A stretch of 63,934 nt of DNA, the filler included, from an uncultured Methanosarcinales archaeon (lineage in GTDB: Archaea; Nanobdellota; Nanobdellia; Woesearchaeales; CAZKBD01): NCBI GenBank assembly GCA_964550945.1. It is 13 parts of 13 records of this genome, joined end to end, with 100 filler letters (N's around TTAATTAATTAA, not from the genome) between each part and the next. Parts side by side here need not be neighbours in the genome. Positions count along the whole stretch, not along the records: positions 26,788 to 31,902 come from CAZKBD010000111.1; positions 32,003 to 36,967 come from CAZKBD010000112.1; positions 37,068 to 42,002 come from CAZKBD010000113.1; 10 more parts are not named here. One strand, written 5' to 3'. Positions within the stretch are counted from its first letter, which is position 1. The number at the start of each line of letters is the position of its first letter. Of this stretch, positions 30,967 to 40,549 are shown piece by piece. The notes below the pieces were generated by a model, which was not told where the DNA came from, did no database searches, and saw nothing but the letters and a program-made list of their open reading frames with translations. Made by a program: the position numbers and the translations under genes.

Positions 30967-31294
30967 ATTTTGCGGAAAGGAAAGCTTTTTTGATATGTGC
31001 GAAGAGTGCATAAAAAAACAGCATCCAAACAGAACTGAAAAGATATGGAAGGATAACCAGAAATTGGCTGATGAGCTAGGACTAGCTTATTATGATTTTA
31101 TATTGAAGGAGTATAAGAAACCTGCTGCTAAAGACTCAAAAGAGAACTTAGGTTTTAATACATTTTGCGATGGGATAAGGTTAGGATTGGATACGGTCAT
31201 GCCTTTGCTTGATGATTTTGAGATTAAGGCGGCTAAGAGAAAGATCAATGATATGCTGGAAATAAGGAGAGAAGCCAAGAAAGGCTTAAGATAA
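30956..31294 (+). CDS. Hypothetical protein with N-terminal Zn finger
   Basis: MKCRFCGK...CEEC; GGAGGA SD before ATG 30956; overlaps the upstream stop. Confidence 0.65.
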   Translation: MKCRFCGKESFFDMCEECIKKQHPNRTEKIWKDNQKLADELGLAYYDFILKEYKKPAAKDSKENLGFNTFCDGIRLGLDTVMPLLDDFEIKAAKRKINDMLEIRREAKKGLR

Positions 31295-31557
31295 GTTGCA
31301 GGAGTTGATGAGAATTGTCCATGTGATTTAGGATATGATTATATAAGTTTGTGACAAAAGGAAATGTTGTTAGGATTGAGGACTGCTCATTTTTTGAACT
31401 GAAGCCAAAAACATCTAGGGCATTCTTTCAGTAAACTTAAGCTTGATGGTGAGAACTTATACGGCATTTTATCAGTTAAAACATTTAATAAGATTTAAAT
31501 GTTTTGGAAAGTTCTGAAGAAAAGTTTATTAAGATGATGTGAGATATAGGATATTAT

Positions 31558-31853
31558 ATGGAGTTAAATATCTATCGAGAAGAGGTTTTTAATTCTTATA
31601 AAAGCAACTCTCAAAGAATCAGAGTTTTAACTGAAGGGTGGATGGGAAAAAATATGTTTTGTCCAGCTTGTTCCAACCCAACTATTAACGCTTTTCAGAA
31701 TAATACGCCTGTTGCAGATTTCTTTTGTCAACGATGTAATCAAAGATTTCAATTGAAAAGTCAAAAGAATAAGTTAGGTAAAACTATTTTAGATGGAGCA
31801 TTTGAAAAAATGATAGAGTCTATTCAAAAGAATGTAAGGCCAAATTTTTTCTT
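31558..31853 (+). pseudogene. DpnI/Dam-replacing-family restriction endonuclease, interrupted by a hairpin element
   Basis: YKSNSQRIRVLTEGW, CPAC, PVADFFC, QLKS, DGA and PNFFL match DpnI. Homology ends exactly where the repeated element starts. Confidence 0.8.
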
Positions 31854-31902
31854 AATCCCGCCAAGAGTTCGTCATGGTCTGAAAGACCTGACGGTGAATT
31901 GG
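31854..31902. mobile_element. End of a repeated hairpin element, copy 1
   Basis: AATCCCGCCAAGAGTTCGTCATGGTCTGAAAGACCTGACGGTGAATTGG, identical to 46973-47021; located at a contig end. Confidence 0.75.
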
Positions 31903-32002
31903 NNNNNNNNNNNNNNNNNNNNNNNNNNNNNNNNNNNNNNNNNNNNTTAATTAATTAANNNNNNNNNNNNNNNNNNNNNNNNNNNNNNNNNNNNNNNNNN
32001 NN

Positions 32003-32558
32003 CAATGTTGTAAAAACTCCAATGATGTATATGAAGCCCGAGAAGGCAAGGTTTAATTATGCCGATACAGAAGACTTACAAATTTTAGAGTTACCCTACA
32101 AAGGCGAAAAAATTTCAATGTTGATATTATTGCCAACCGAAAACCTTGATGCAATAGAATCCTCTTTAACAGTGGAAAAACTCAGTGAATATAAGGCCCA
32201 AATGCAAGAAACAAGATTAGATTCAATATCGCTACCTAAATTTGAATTTGACACTAAGTATTTTATGAATGACATTTTAATTGATTTAGGAATGCCAACA
32301 GCTTTCTCACCTAATGCTGATTTTTCCGGAATGGATGGGAAGAGAGGATTGTTTATCAGTGCAGTAATTCATCAAGCATATGTAAAAGTTGATGAAAAAG
32401 GAACAGAGGCAGCTGCTGCAACTGCTGTCGTTATAGGAAAAAGTGCTGCAATGCAAAGAAATGTTTTTAGAGCAGACCATCCGTTTATATTCATAATACA
32501 AGAAAGGGAAACAGGGAATATATTATTCTTTGGTAGAGTTGTTGATCCAACACAATAA
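32003..32558 (+). CDS. Serpin (serine protease inhibitor), 5' partial
   Basis: LPKFEF, ADFSGM, hinge EKGTEAAAATA and FRADHPFIF motifs. Confidence 0.95.
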
Positions 32559-32581
32559 AATACGATAATCTTCTGTGAAGC

Positions 32582-33508
32582 TTAGATTTGTATTTTCCCT
32601 TTTTTCATACTATAAGGTATCAATATCAACGCAGCAATCACATAATTAATAACTAGTTGTATTAAATAGACATCTAACGTAACAACAGAGCCAATGCCAA
32701 TCAATGAATAAAGGAACACTGCAGAGCCTTCTTTTAAGCCAAGGCCCGAGATTGTTATTGGTATTAAACCAATTGTAGTGATAATAGCGTGTATCAAAAA
32801 AACATTCATATAGGAAACATGCTGGTTAAATGCAAGGAAAATGTAATAGACAACAGCTGTATTGGCAAGCCATTTTATTAAGGTAAGGATATACTTTAAT
32901 GCAACAATCTTTTTATATTTCCTGAAGAAATCAAAAAATGTTGCTGAAAATCCCTGGAACTTTTCCGCATAACTCCTCAAGATATACTTTCTTATCAAAT
33001 ACCTGCTTTTTGGATGCAATGCAATTAAAAAGAAGATAACTAAAGCAACCACTGTGATAATTGTCAGATAAATTAAGTTTTTTTCTTTGAAAAAGAACAA
33101 AATCCCAATAACTGCGATAAGCAAAATAATGCAAAAACTGGTGAACTTATTGAACAAATAAACAGCCGAAGACTTTCCGATCTCCAAATCTTTTTTTAAA
33201 AAATATATTATTGAAAGCTCACCCAATTTTCCCGGAACAAAAAAGCTCAGTGCCCAGCTAACAAAAAATGGCTTTGTTATCTTATTCAACTTTAAGCCTA
33301 GTGGAACACACAAGATCCAAAAATTCAGCATCCCTGCGAATTCTGCTATAACATAACAAATCAAAATAATGGGCAAATAAGCTAAATTTATTGTTAAGAA
33401 TGTTTCGTAAATTCTGTCAAATCCTATTTTATACAGCAAAAAAATGATTATTGCTGTGCCTAAAGCCAATTTCAGGGAAGTTTTAATGTTCTCTTTTAAT
33501 TTAAACAT
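32582..33508 (-). CDS. UPF0104 / lysylphosphatidylglycerol-synthase-TM flippase-like membrane protein
   Basis: FVPGKLGE and IPITISGLGLKEG motifs; multiple TM helices. Confidence 0.85.
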   Translation of the reverse strand: MFKLKENIKTSLKLALGTAIIIFLLYKIGFDRIYETFLTINLAYLPIILICYVIAEFAGMLNFWILCVPLGLKLNKITKPFFVSWALSFFVPGKLGELSIIYFLKKDLEIGKSSAVYLFNKFTSFCIILLIAVIGILFFFKEKNLIYLTIITVVALVIFFLIALHPKSRYLIRKYILRSYAEKFQGFSATFFDFFRKYKKIVALKYILTLIKWLANTAVVYYIFLAFNQHVSYMNVFLIHAIITTIGLIPITISGLGLKEGSAVFLYSLIGIGSVVTLDVYLIQLVINYVIAALILIPYSMKKGKIQI

Positions 33509-34910
33509 TTTTTCTCAGTGTCCAGCCTATTTTTAGCATCTCAAAAAAGCTTAGGTTTCTGCTCTCTATGTACTTGTACACCAAAGAAAGTTTGAATAAT
33601 ATGTTGAACACAGGATTAGGAGGCAATTTTACAAGTTTTTTGATTAAGGGTATTGTTTTGGGGTATTTTATTCCAATCCATGATATTTTCTGGAGATTTT
33701 CAATTGATTTCTTGTCTTTAATCTTCAGTGGGCTTTTTCCGTAATGCCCGCTCATCTTCTCTGGAGTGAATTCAGGAGCAAAAAGGTCATTGTCTTGGAT
33801 AAACTTGTAGATTGTTGTTCCAATAATCGGCTGCAATATGGTGGGGGTAGTTATATTTGATTTTATCTTTGCGTTTAGCTCCATTGTCTCAAAAGCTTCT
33901 TTTAATGTCTCAGTTGGAAGGGCGCACATATTATAAGTGACATATTTGATTCCGTGCTTCCTGAAATATCTTGCAGCATCAATTATCTGCTGGTCTGTTA
34001 TGCCCTTTTTTAGGATATCATTCCTTATTCGTTCATTTCCAGATTCAACTCCAAAGCTTGTGTAAAAGCATCCAGCTTCAGCTAATCTTTTCGCCACTTC
34101 CTCGTCTATTTCATTTACTCTTGAATTGCAGATAAAGGGGATCTTCAGCTCTTTTTTGTATAGGTCAAGAAATTCAAAAAGCCATTTGCGGTTTAGAGTG
34201 AATGTATCAGAAGAAAACGAAACTGTTTTTAATGGATACTTCTCTTTTAGCTCTTTTATCTCCTGGATTACCTTTTCTGGTTTTCTATACCTCACAAACT
34301 TTCCTTTTCCTGTATACATCTTGTTGTAGAGGTGATTAAAGCAATAAGAGCAGGCATAAGGGCAGCCTCTAGATACTATAATCCTTTTTGTCGGCAGATC
34401 CCTTAAAAACTTATATTTATAGTAAATCTCCTTGTCTGGGAACGGAAGCGAATCTAAATCCTCAACTAACGGCCTTAATTCATTCTTATATATCCTGCCA
34501 TCCTTTTTCACCCAGAGATTCTTTATTTTTGTGAAATCCTGTTTTTTATCAATAACATTTGCAAGATCAACAAAAGCGCCTTCCCCTTCTCCTATGCAGA
34601 CAATATCCACAAAATCATTTTTTATGAATTCTGGAAAATAAGTCGGATGAGGCCCGCCAAACACAGTCAATGCAATGTTCTCTTTTTTTACTTTTTTTGC
34701 AATATCCGATGCCCAACAATATTCCATTGATGTGATAGAAAAAGCCACAATATTTGGGCAAAAATCTTTTATTTTCTGCATTATCTTATCTTTTTCAGCA
34801 TCAACTACAAATAAATCTACTTGATGGTTTGCCTGTTTCAGAACAGCTGAAAGATACTGGATTGAGTGCAGATCAAACAAAGAGTCCTGAACAAAAACTA
34901 TTTTTGCCAT
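33501..34910 (-). CDS. B12-binding radical SAM protein
   Basis: GGPHPT, GEGE, SRGCPYACSYC and GVESG motifs; start at ATG 34910 (MAKIV). Confidence 0.9.
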   Translation of the reverse strand: MAKIVFVQDSLFDLHSIQYLSAVLKQANHQVDLFVVDAEKDKIMQKIKDFCPNIVAFSITSMEYCWASDIAKKVKKENIALTVFGGPHPTYFPEFIKNDFVDIVCIGEGEGAFVDLANVIDKKQDFTKIKNLWVKKDGRIYKNELRPLVEDLDSLPFPDKEIYYKYKFLRDLPTKRIIVSRGCPYACSYCFNHLYNKMYTGKGKFVRYRKPEKVIQEIKELKEKYPLKTVSFSSDTFTLNRKWLFEFLDLYKKELKIPFICNSRVNEIDEEVAKRLAEAGCFYTSFGVESGNERIRNDILKKGITDQQIIDAARYFRKHGIKYVTYNMCALPTETLKEAFETMELNAKIKSNITTPTILQPIIGTTIYKFIQDNDLFAPEFTPEKMSGHYGKSPLKIKDKKSIENLQKISWIGIKYPKTIPLIKKLVKLPPNPVFNILFKLSLVYKYIESRNLSFFEMLKIGWTLRKNV

Positions 34911-34911
34911 T

Positions 34912-36354
34912 CTACACCAACTTTCTATAATAGCTCCATCTTGTGAAAAATGATCTTGCTCCGCCAAAAAGCCTTTTCATGTCTTGCAGGGATTTTAAAT
35001 GCCTTGCTACGCTTTTTACTATATACCCTGGCCTCAAGTAAAATCCCTTCCATGCCAGAGCAAGAGCCTTTTCAAGATCTTCTTTCGAAAGCTCTTCAGT
35101 TTCTACAACTGCTTTTGCTGATCCATCAAAATCTGACCAATTCTTGGCTTTTAACATGCCTTTTGCTTTAAGCTCAGTATAATACTCTGTGCCTGGGAAA
35201 GGGATCACTATGGAAAACTGGACTGCGTAGGGGTCAAGCTCTTTAGCCAGATTGATTGTCTTATCAACTGTGTTCCATGTCTCTCCTGGCAAGCCAAACA
35301 TGAACGTTCCATAATCGCGGATTCCTGCTTTTTTTGTTAGCTTGAATGTCTCTTTTATTTGCGCAATATTAGTAAATTTTTTGCATCTGTCTAACAGCTC
35401 TTGTGAGCCAGATTCAACTCCATATCTTATATGCTCGCAGCCTGATTTTTTCATCTCCATTAAAGTTTCTTCATCAAGGCCAACTCTTCCAAAGCAGCTC
35501 CACTCAATATTTAGGTTTCTTTTGTTTATTTCTCTGCAGATTTCTATGACCCTTGGTTTCCCTACTGTAAATGTATCATCATCAAAGCATATCTCCTTAG
35601 CTCCGTGCTCTTTAACAAGCAGTTCCATCTCATCAACAACATTCTTTGCAGACCTCGCCCTGAACTTATGGCCATACATAACCTGCGGCCAAAGGCAATA
35701 GGTGCACTGATGAGGGCAGCCTCTGCTGGATACCATTAGGAATGAAGGCGATTTATAAAGATGCGAATCATAATACTTCATATTAAACAAATGTCTCGCT
35801 GGAAATGGCAGCTCATCCAAATTCTCAATTAATGGCCTTTCTTTATTTTTGATTATCTTATTTTCTTTCCTGTATGTAATGCCTTGTACCCCAGATAATG
35901 GCTCATTATTATTTATATGATTGCATACCTCCAGGATAGTATATTCGAACTCCCCTCTTACAATAATATCAATGCAATTATGTTTTTTCAATAAATCTTC
36001 ATCAAAGTATGTAGCATGCGGCCCTATCAACACAATTTTAGTATTGCCTGCTTTCTTAAGCTCGTCAGCTGCTTTCAAATCAAAACTAATAGATGGAGTT
36101 GAAGTTTCTATAACTGCTATATCATACTTTTTTGCTTTACTTTGCTCGCATACGCTCAAAATATCCCTTTCTTCAGCAACAGCATCTATCACTTCAACAT
36201 TAATGTTGTTTTTCTCTAAGATGGCTGCAGTGTAAGCTAGATATATTGGAAAAGGAAGCATTTTATCCTTTCGAGTATGGGGCCATCTGCTATTGCTCCT
36301 GATGCCATATCCCCTCTCAGTAGACCAGGGCGGATTTAAAAGTAAGACATTCAT
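34912..36354 (-). CDS. B12-binding radical SAM protein (HpnJ-like N-terminus)
   Basis: LLNPP...RWP...PIYLAY, RGEFE, SRGCPHQCTYC, FDDDTF and GLPGET motifs. Confidence 0.9.
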   Translation of the reverse strand: MNVLLLNPPWSTERGYGIRSNSRWPHTRKDKMLPFPIYLAYTAAILEKNNINVEVIDAVAEERDILSVCEQSKAKKYDIAVIETSTPSISFDLKAADELKKAGNTKIVLIGPHATYFDEDLLKKHNCIDIIVRGEFEYTILEVCNHINNNEPLSGVQGITYRKENKIIKNKERPLIENLDELPFPARHLFNMKYYDSHLYKSPSFLMVSSRGCPHQCTYCLWPQVMYGHKFRARSAKNVVDEMELLVKEHGAKEICFDDDTFTVGKPRVIEICREINKRNLNIEWSCFGRVGLDEETLMEMKKSGCEHIRYGVESGSQELLDRCKKFTNIAQIKETFKLTKKAGIRDYGTFMFGLPGETWNTVDKTINLAKELDPYAVQFSIVIPFPGTEYYTELKAKGMLKAKNWSDFDGSAKAVVETEELSKEDLEKALALAWKGFYLRPGYIVKSVARHLKSLQDMKRLFGGARSFFTRWSYYRKLV

Positions 36355-36493
36355 TTTATACGGTGTGTTAGCGGAGTGTTTATAAAAATTGTGAAAAAAG
36401 TGTTTGAGTGAATAGAGTTTTATTGGTGGGCAATGCTTAAAACAATTGGATTAGAGAGTGGAGTTGAGTTGTCCACGAATATATGTAATCTGA

Positions 36494-36637
36494 CTATCTC
36501 ATCTTCTTCCTAAACTTTGCAAGAGCAATATAATCCTCTTTTGTACCGCTGCCATCCTTGCATTTTGCTTCTAAAGCAGCAAGTTCAGCCTTATGCTCTC
36601 TGATCTTCTTTTCCAGATCCTTTTTGCTCATAGGCAT
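36494..36637 (-). CDS. Small basic coiled-coil protein (47 aa)
   Basis: MPMSKKDLEKKIREHKAELAALEAKCKDGSGTKEDYIALAKFRKKMR with a GAGGTGA SD and an upstream TTATAAA box; below the ORF track cutoff. Confidence 0.6.
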   Translation of the reverse strand: MPMSKKDLEKKIREHKAELAALEAKCKDGSGTKEDYIALAKFRKKMR

Positions 36638-37067
36638 AAAATCACCTCTAGTAGTAATAAACACAAGATTCTACTTCTACTTTATAAGATTATCGGCATA
36701 GGCGAATTAAAGCTAGCAGTTTGTAAAATAAAAAAAGTTTTCCGAGCATTATTTTGGCTAATTCCTATTATGCTCTTTGGCCATACAAAGTGTGGGAAAC
36801 CTGCGTCCGCAGAGTCGAGAAAGAGGGCGTTCTATCAATTGAGCGTAGCGATACTTCTAGAACATGAAAGAAGTGGCAAGAAAAATTACCAATATTATTA
36901 TTTAGGGTATCTTCTATTTTTTACATACAATAATTTTATACCGGCATACCCAAAGAATATCATAATCNNNNNNNNNNNNNNNNNNNNNNNNNNNNNNNNN
37001 NNNNNNNNNNNTTAATTAATTAANNNNNNNNNNNNNNNNNNNNNNNNNNNNNNNNNNNNNNNNNNNN

Positions 37068-37944
37068 CAAAATAAAGAAGCAATAATTGAACATCACGCA
37101 ACAAATCAATAGTGTTAGATTTTAATTGTATAGCTGTCCTTCCTCTTCCATTTCCAAACACACATCCATCAGCTTCAAAAAGCCAACTGATAAATTTTGC
37201 TATAACCGGTTTCGGGCTTCTAAATATTTGCTGAGGAACTCTCTTATTCGATAACAATGAGAGGGATTGGGCAACTTGCCTACTACTAATTTCTAAAAGA
37301 TGCATTGGTTGTGTTGAAACAATCTGCCTTAAAAGCCCGCTTCCATCATCAATAGTTTTTACTTTGCCATCAATATTTTTTGTAATAATTGCAGGTTCTA
37401 CATTAAATGTGTTTTTCCAAAATTCTGAAAGTTTCTCAATGATGTCTGTTTCTTCATTGTTAACATAACAAGTTACCCTGTATCCATTTGGGTGGATATT
37501 CCCATCTCCAACAATATACCCACACAAAGAAGCTAAGTCCTGTGTAAATTTATCTGGGATAGAAACTTCTTTTAAATGCCCAGACGTTTGTTTTACTTTA
37601 ACAAAACCAGTAGGAGCAAGCTTTTTAACCATAGAAGGGATTTTCGGCATTACCCTTATTTTAGTGCCTAATATAATTTCATCTGCTCTTGCCCATCCAT
37701 CTTTTGTCAAAAAAGGCTGATTATATGTGCATATTACTTCTTTCCCGGTTTCTGTGACTACTTTAAGCACTGGCTGTTTTGGGTAATGTTGAAAAACAGT
37801 TGCAAAGTCATAATATCTATCTTTGCCATGTTTCCTAATCTTAGTTACAACTTCTTTTATTGGCTGTAAATGCCTAGTTCCTAGGTTTTGTATTTTTTCC
37901 ATGCCCTTGTATATTAGCGCAACTTGAGAGTTTCCAGCAATGCA
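37068..37944 (-). mobile_element. Intein with LAGLIDADG homing endonuclease in MCM Walker A (partial)
   Basis: GDPG is followed by CIAGNSQV (block A), CTYNQPFLT (block B-like), then GYIVGDG and WLFEADG LAGLIDADG motifs. Confidence 0.92.
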
Positions 37945-38934
37945 TCCTGGGTCTCCAACCAGCAAAATGTGCATATCACCCCTGCTGACAACCTTGTCAG
38001 TTCTAACTTTTCTTACCCCGCCAACGAGCTGGAGCAGTAATGCTTCTTTTTCTTGGCCATAACCATAAATAGAAGGTGCAACTGAATTAACAAGCTTGGC
38101 ATATAATTCAGGATCCTGGGAAAGCTCAATTATTTTTTGCTCTTCTTCTTTTGTGATTTCAACTTCATAAAAAGTTTCCTCAGCTGCTTCGATGTTGTTT
38201 GCTTCTATCATAAGGTCGAATCTTGTCGATTTGGAGCCAGTTTTTAATATAATAGGGACTTCTTTCACTACACCAATAATACTAATCTTACTCCCAGGAT
38301 TCGTTTTTCTTTCGCTCAACGGGCTAACTAAGTCATCTCTAAGAAAGATGTTGATTCTTTTTGGCTGTTCTCCTCCTTCAAGACTTTCAGGAACTTCTTC
38401 TAAGACAATGCCCTGTGCATCAACAAGCTCTTTACTGAGCAAATTAAATTTTCCCTTTCTTCCGCAACCGCATCTTGTTGGCTCTCTAAAACTTCCGTCT
38501 AACTGCAGCACATTGATTATATTGCCGCATACAGGGCATTCAAATTTTGCTGCTGTTACTTGTGGCCTTACATCAGATTTCTGCCTTACAACACCTACCA
38601 TATTCAACAATTTGTTAATATGCTTGCTTCTTATGTTCCTTACCATAATTTTTTGGCTCTCTGGAAGATTTCTAAAACGCACTTTGAATCCTTTTATATC
38701 CTCTAGGTCAAGCTGCTCAACTGCCAATTCAGCAGCCCGTATAGTGTCTTCAGGATTTTCAAACAGCTCATTAGCCAAATCAATGTCAAACTTAGAAAGT
38801 TCTGCAAAATCAATAACAACAAATTTCTTGTCTTTTCTTAAATTTTCAACAACCTGAGAATAGCAGTAAGACTCTATGAAATCTTGAAATTTCTTTATCT
38901 GCTCTGATGCATCTACCTTAACTAATTCCTGCAT
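37068..38934 (-). CDS. mcm: MCM replicative helicase, intein-containing (3' partial)
   Basis: CPVC...CGC Zn finger, APSIYG, RGDMHILLVGDPG Walker A region. Confidence 0.95.
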
Positions 38935-39022
38935 AAATGAAATCACTCTCTTTTGATTTAAATAGCTTACGCGCGAATGTCCAGTGCTTAAGTTAACTAA
39001 AAAGAATAAAAAATCAAAACAA

Positions 39023-39586
39023 TCAGGCTTTAGCTTTCTTGAGATTCTCTATCAGCTTGTCTAATGCCAGATGCACTTCTTTCTCGCTTTTAGTTCCTGT
39101 GCAGACAATTTTTCCATTGCTGAATAATAAGAATGTTGCCTGCGGGTTAGTTTTTGTAGGAGGCAATTTATACACCAAGCCAGGAAACTGCTCTGGCTCA
39201 TATTCGACATTCTGCAGCTTTGTTGCGAGCTCGTTTAAGTTTAAGTCCATGCCTACAGCGCCTGAAGCAACAATATTTTGGATTTTTATTTCAGGCTTTA
39301 TTGTAATCTTGATGTTTATTTTTTCCAGGCTCTTTATTATCTTCTTTATGCTTTCTTGGACCTTTTCAATTGTCCTAGCACCTGTGCAGACAATTTTACC
39401 AGAGCTGAAGATTAAAGCAGATGTTTTAGGCTCTTTTATCCTTATAACAAGCCCAGGAAACTGCTCTGGATTGTATTCTGTGTTGCTTAACGTAGCAGCC
39501 ATCTTTTCCAGGGGTATATCGTGCCCCAGAGAAGCGGAAACAACTATATTTACTATTTTTATATCTCTAACGACCTTTTTAACCAT
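39023..39586 (-). CDS. tbp: TATA-box-binding protein
   Basis: Two repeats of NIV..., YxPEQFPGLV and IFSSGKIVCTG. Confidence 0.98.
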   Translation of the reverse strand: MVKKVVRDIKIVNIVVSASLGHDIPLEKMAATLSNTEYNPEQFPGLVIRIKEPKTSALIFSSGKIVCTGARTIEKVQESIKKIIKSLEKINIKITIKPEIKIQNIVASGAVGMDLNLNELATKLQNVEYEPEQFPGLVYKLPPTKTNPQATFLLFSNGKIVCTGTKSEKEVHLALDKLIENLKKAKA

Positions 39587-39699
39587 TTTTACACCCCCCA
39601 AACGTGAAATTCATTTATAAAGCTTTAAAAACCAGCTTGTATTTAAATACTTTTGTTTTTAAATAGAGGGATTTTGATATGAATATTTAAGAAAATAAA

Positions 39700-39721
39700 C
39701 CCCCGTGGTTTCCTATGGAAG
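39700..39721 (-). promoter_or_regulatory. ORB-like (Orc1/Cdc6-binding) box with G-string
   Basis: Minus strand reads CTTCCATAGGAAACCACGGGGG, against the consensus TTCCAGTGGAAAC...GGGG. It sits in a 350-bp AT-rich intergenic region upstream of tbp-mcm. Single copy only. Confidence 0.35.
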
Positions 39722-39940
39722 TTTGTATTTAATACAATCAATAAAAACTGATATTAGGATGCTTTGCCTCGTAATGCGGCGCATCGTTAGTATTATTACA
39801 AACAATATGCAACTACACATATACAACATACTTGGTTTTTATTGTCTTTCAATACAAAAACGATATTAAGTTGAAAAATAAGATAAAAACCAGAAATTAA
39901 TGCAAATTATTTAAATAACTAATGAAGTAATACTAATAAA

Positions 39941-40514
39941 ATGATTGATATCACAATACCAAACAATAATGAGGAAGAATTTATTACAATAGCAGAAAAA
40001 CTCGGGTACAGGGGATTGTGCTTCCTTTATGATTTTAATAGCTATTCAAATAAACAAGAAAAATCTGGAAAAAACGAAAAAATAAAAATTTACACCGGGA
40101 TTTTAGCAGATGGCAAGAACATTTATAAAATTAAGAGCAAGCTAAAAAACGAAAAGGTTTTTGTTGCTGCCAAGAGTTCTGATGACGACAGGGAGATAAT
40201 AAAACAAGCCAAAGCAGATATGGTTTTTTCTTTCGAGGATAATGCTAAAAAGGATTTTATCNNNNNNNNNNAATGAAAATGATGTGATTATAGGATTTTC
40301 ATTGAGATCTGTTTTGAACGCAGAAAATAAATCTTTGATTTTGGGAAGAATAATGCAGAACATAAGCATATGCAGAAAATTTAAGGCAAAAACCGCAATA
40401 GCTTCTTTTGCCCAGAAACCCTTCGAAATGAGAAGCGTGCATGACGTAATCAGCTTATTTGAAGTTTTAGGCTGCAAAAACCCTGATTTTTTAAAAGATC
40501 AGGATATAAAATAA
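39941..40514 (+). CDS. rnp3: RNase P protein component 3 (Rpp30), spans a 10-N gap
   Basis: AEKLGY and ILGRIMQNISICRKFK...ASFAQKPFEMRS motifs; the two track ORFs are joined by the gap. Confidence 0.8.
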
Positions 40515-40549
40515 GAACAATTTGTAAAAAAACAAAAAATTTTATTTAG

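Noticed and set aside
36593..37015. 140-aa + strand ORF in the track
   Set aside because: Runs into the linker, overlaps a better-supported minus-strand small gene, and has no recognisable features.
38192..39620. Long antisense ORFs (221 aa and 193 aa) opposite mcm and tbp, and similar ones opposite smc, ileS and the S-layer gene
   Set aside because: Shadow frames of well-supported genes, with no motifs or expression signals.
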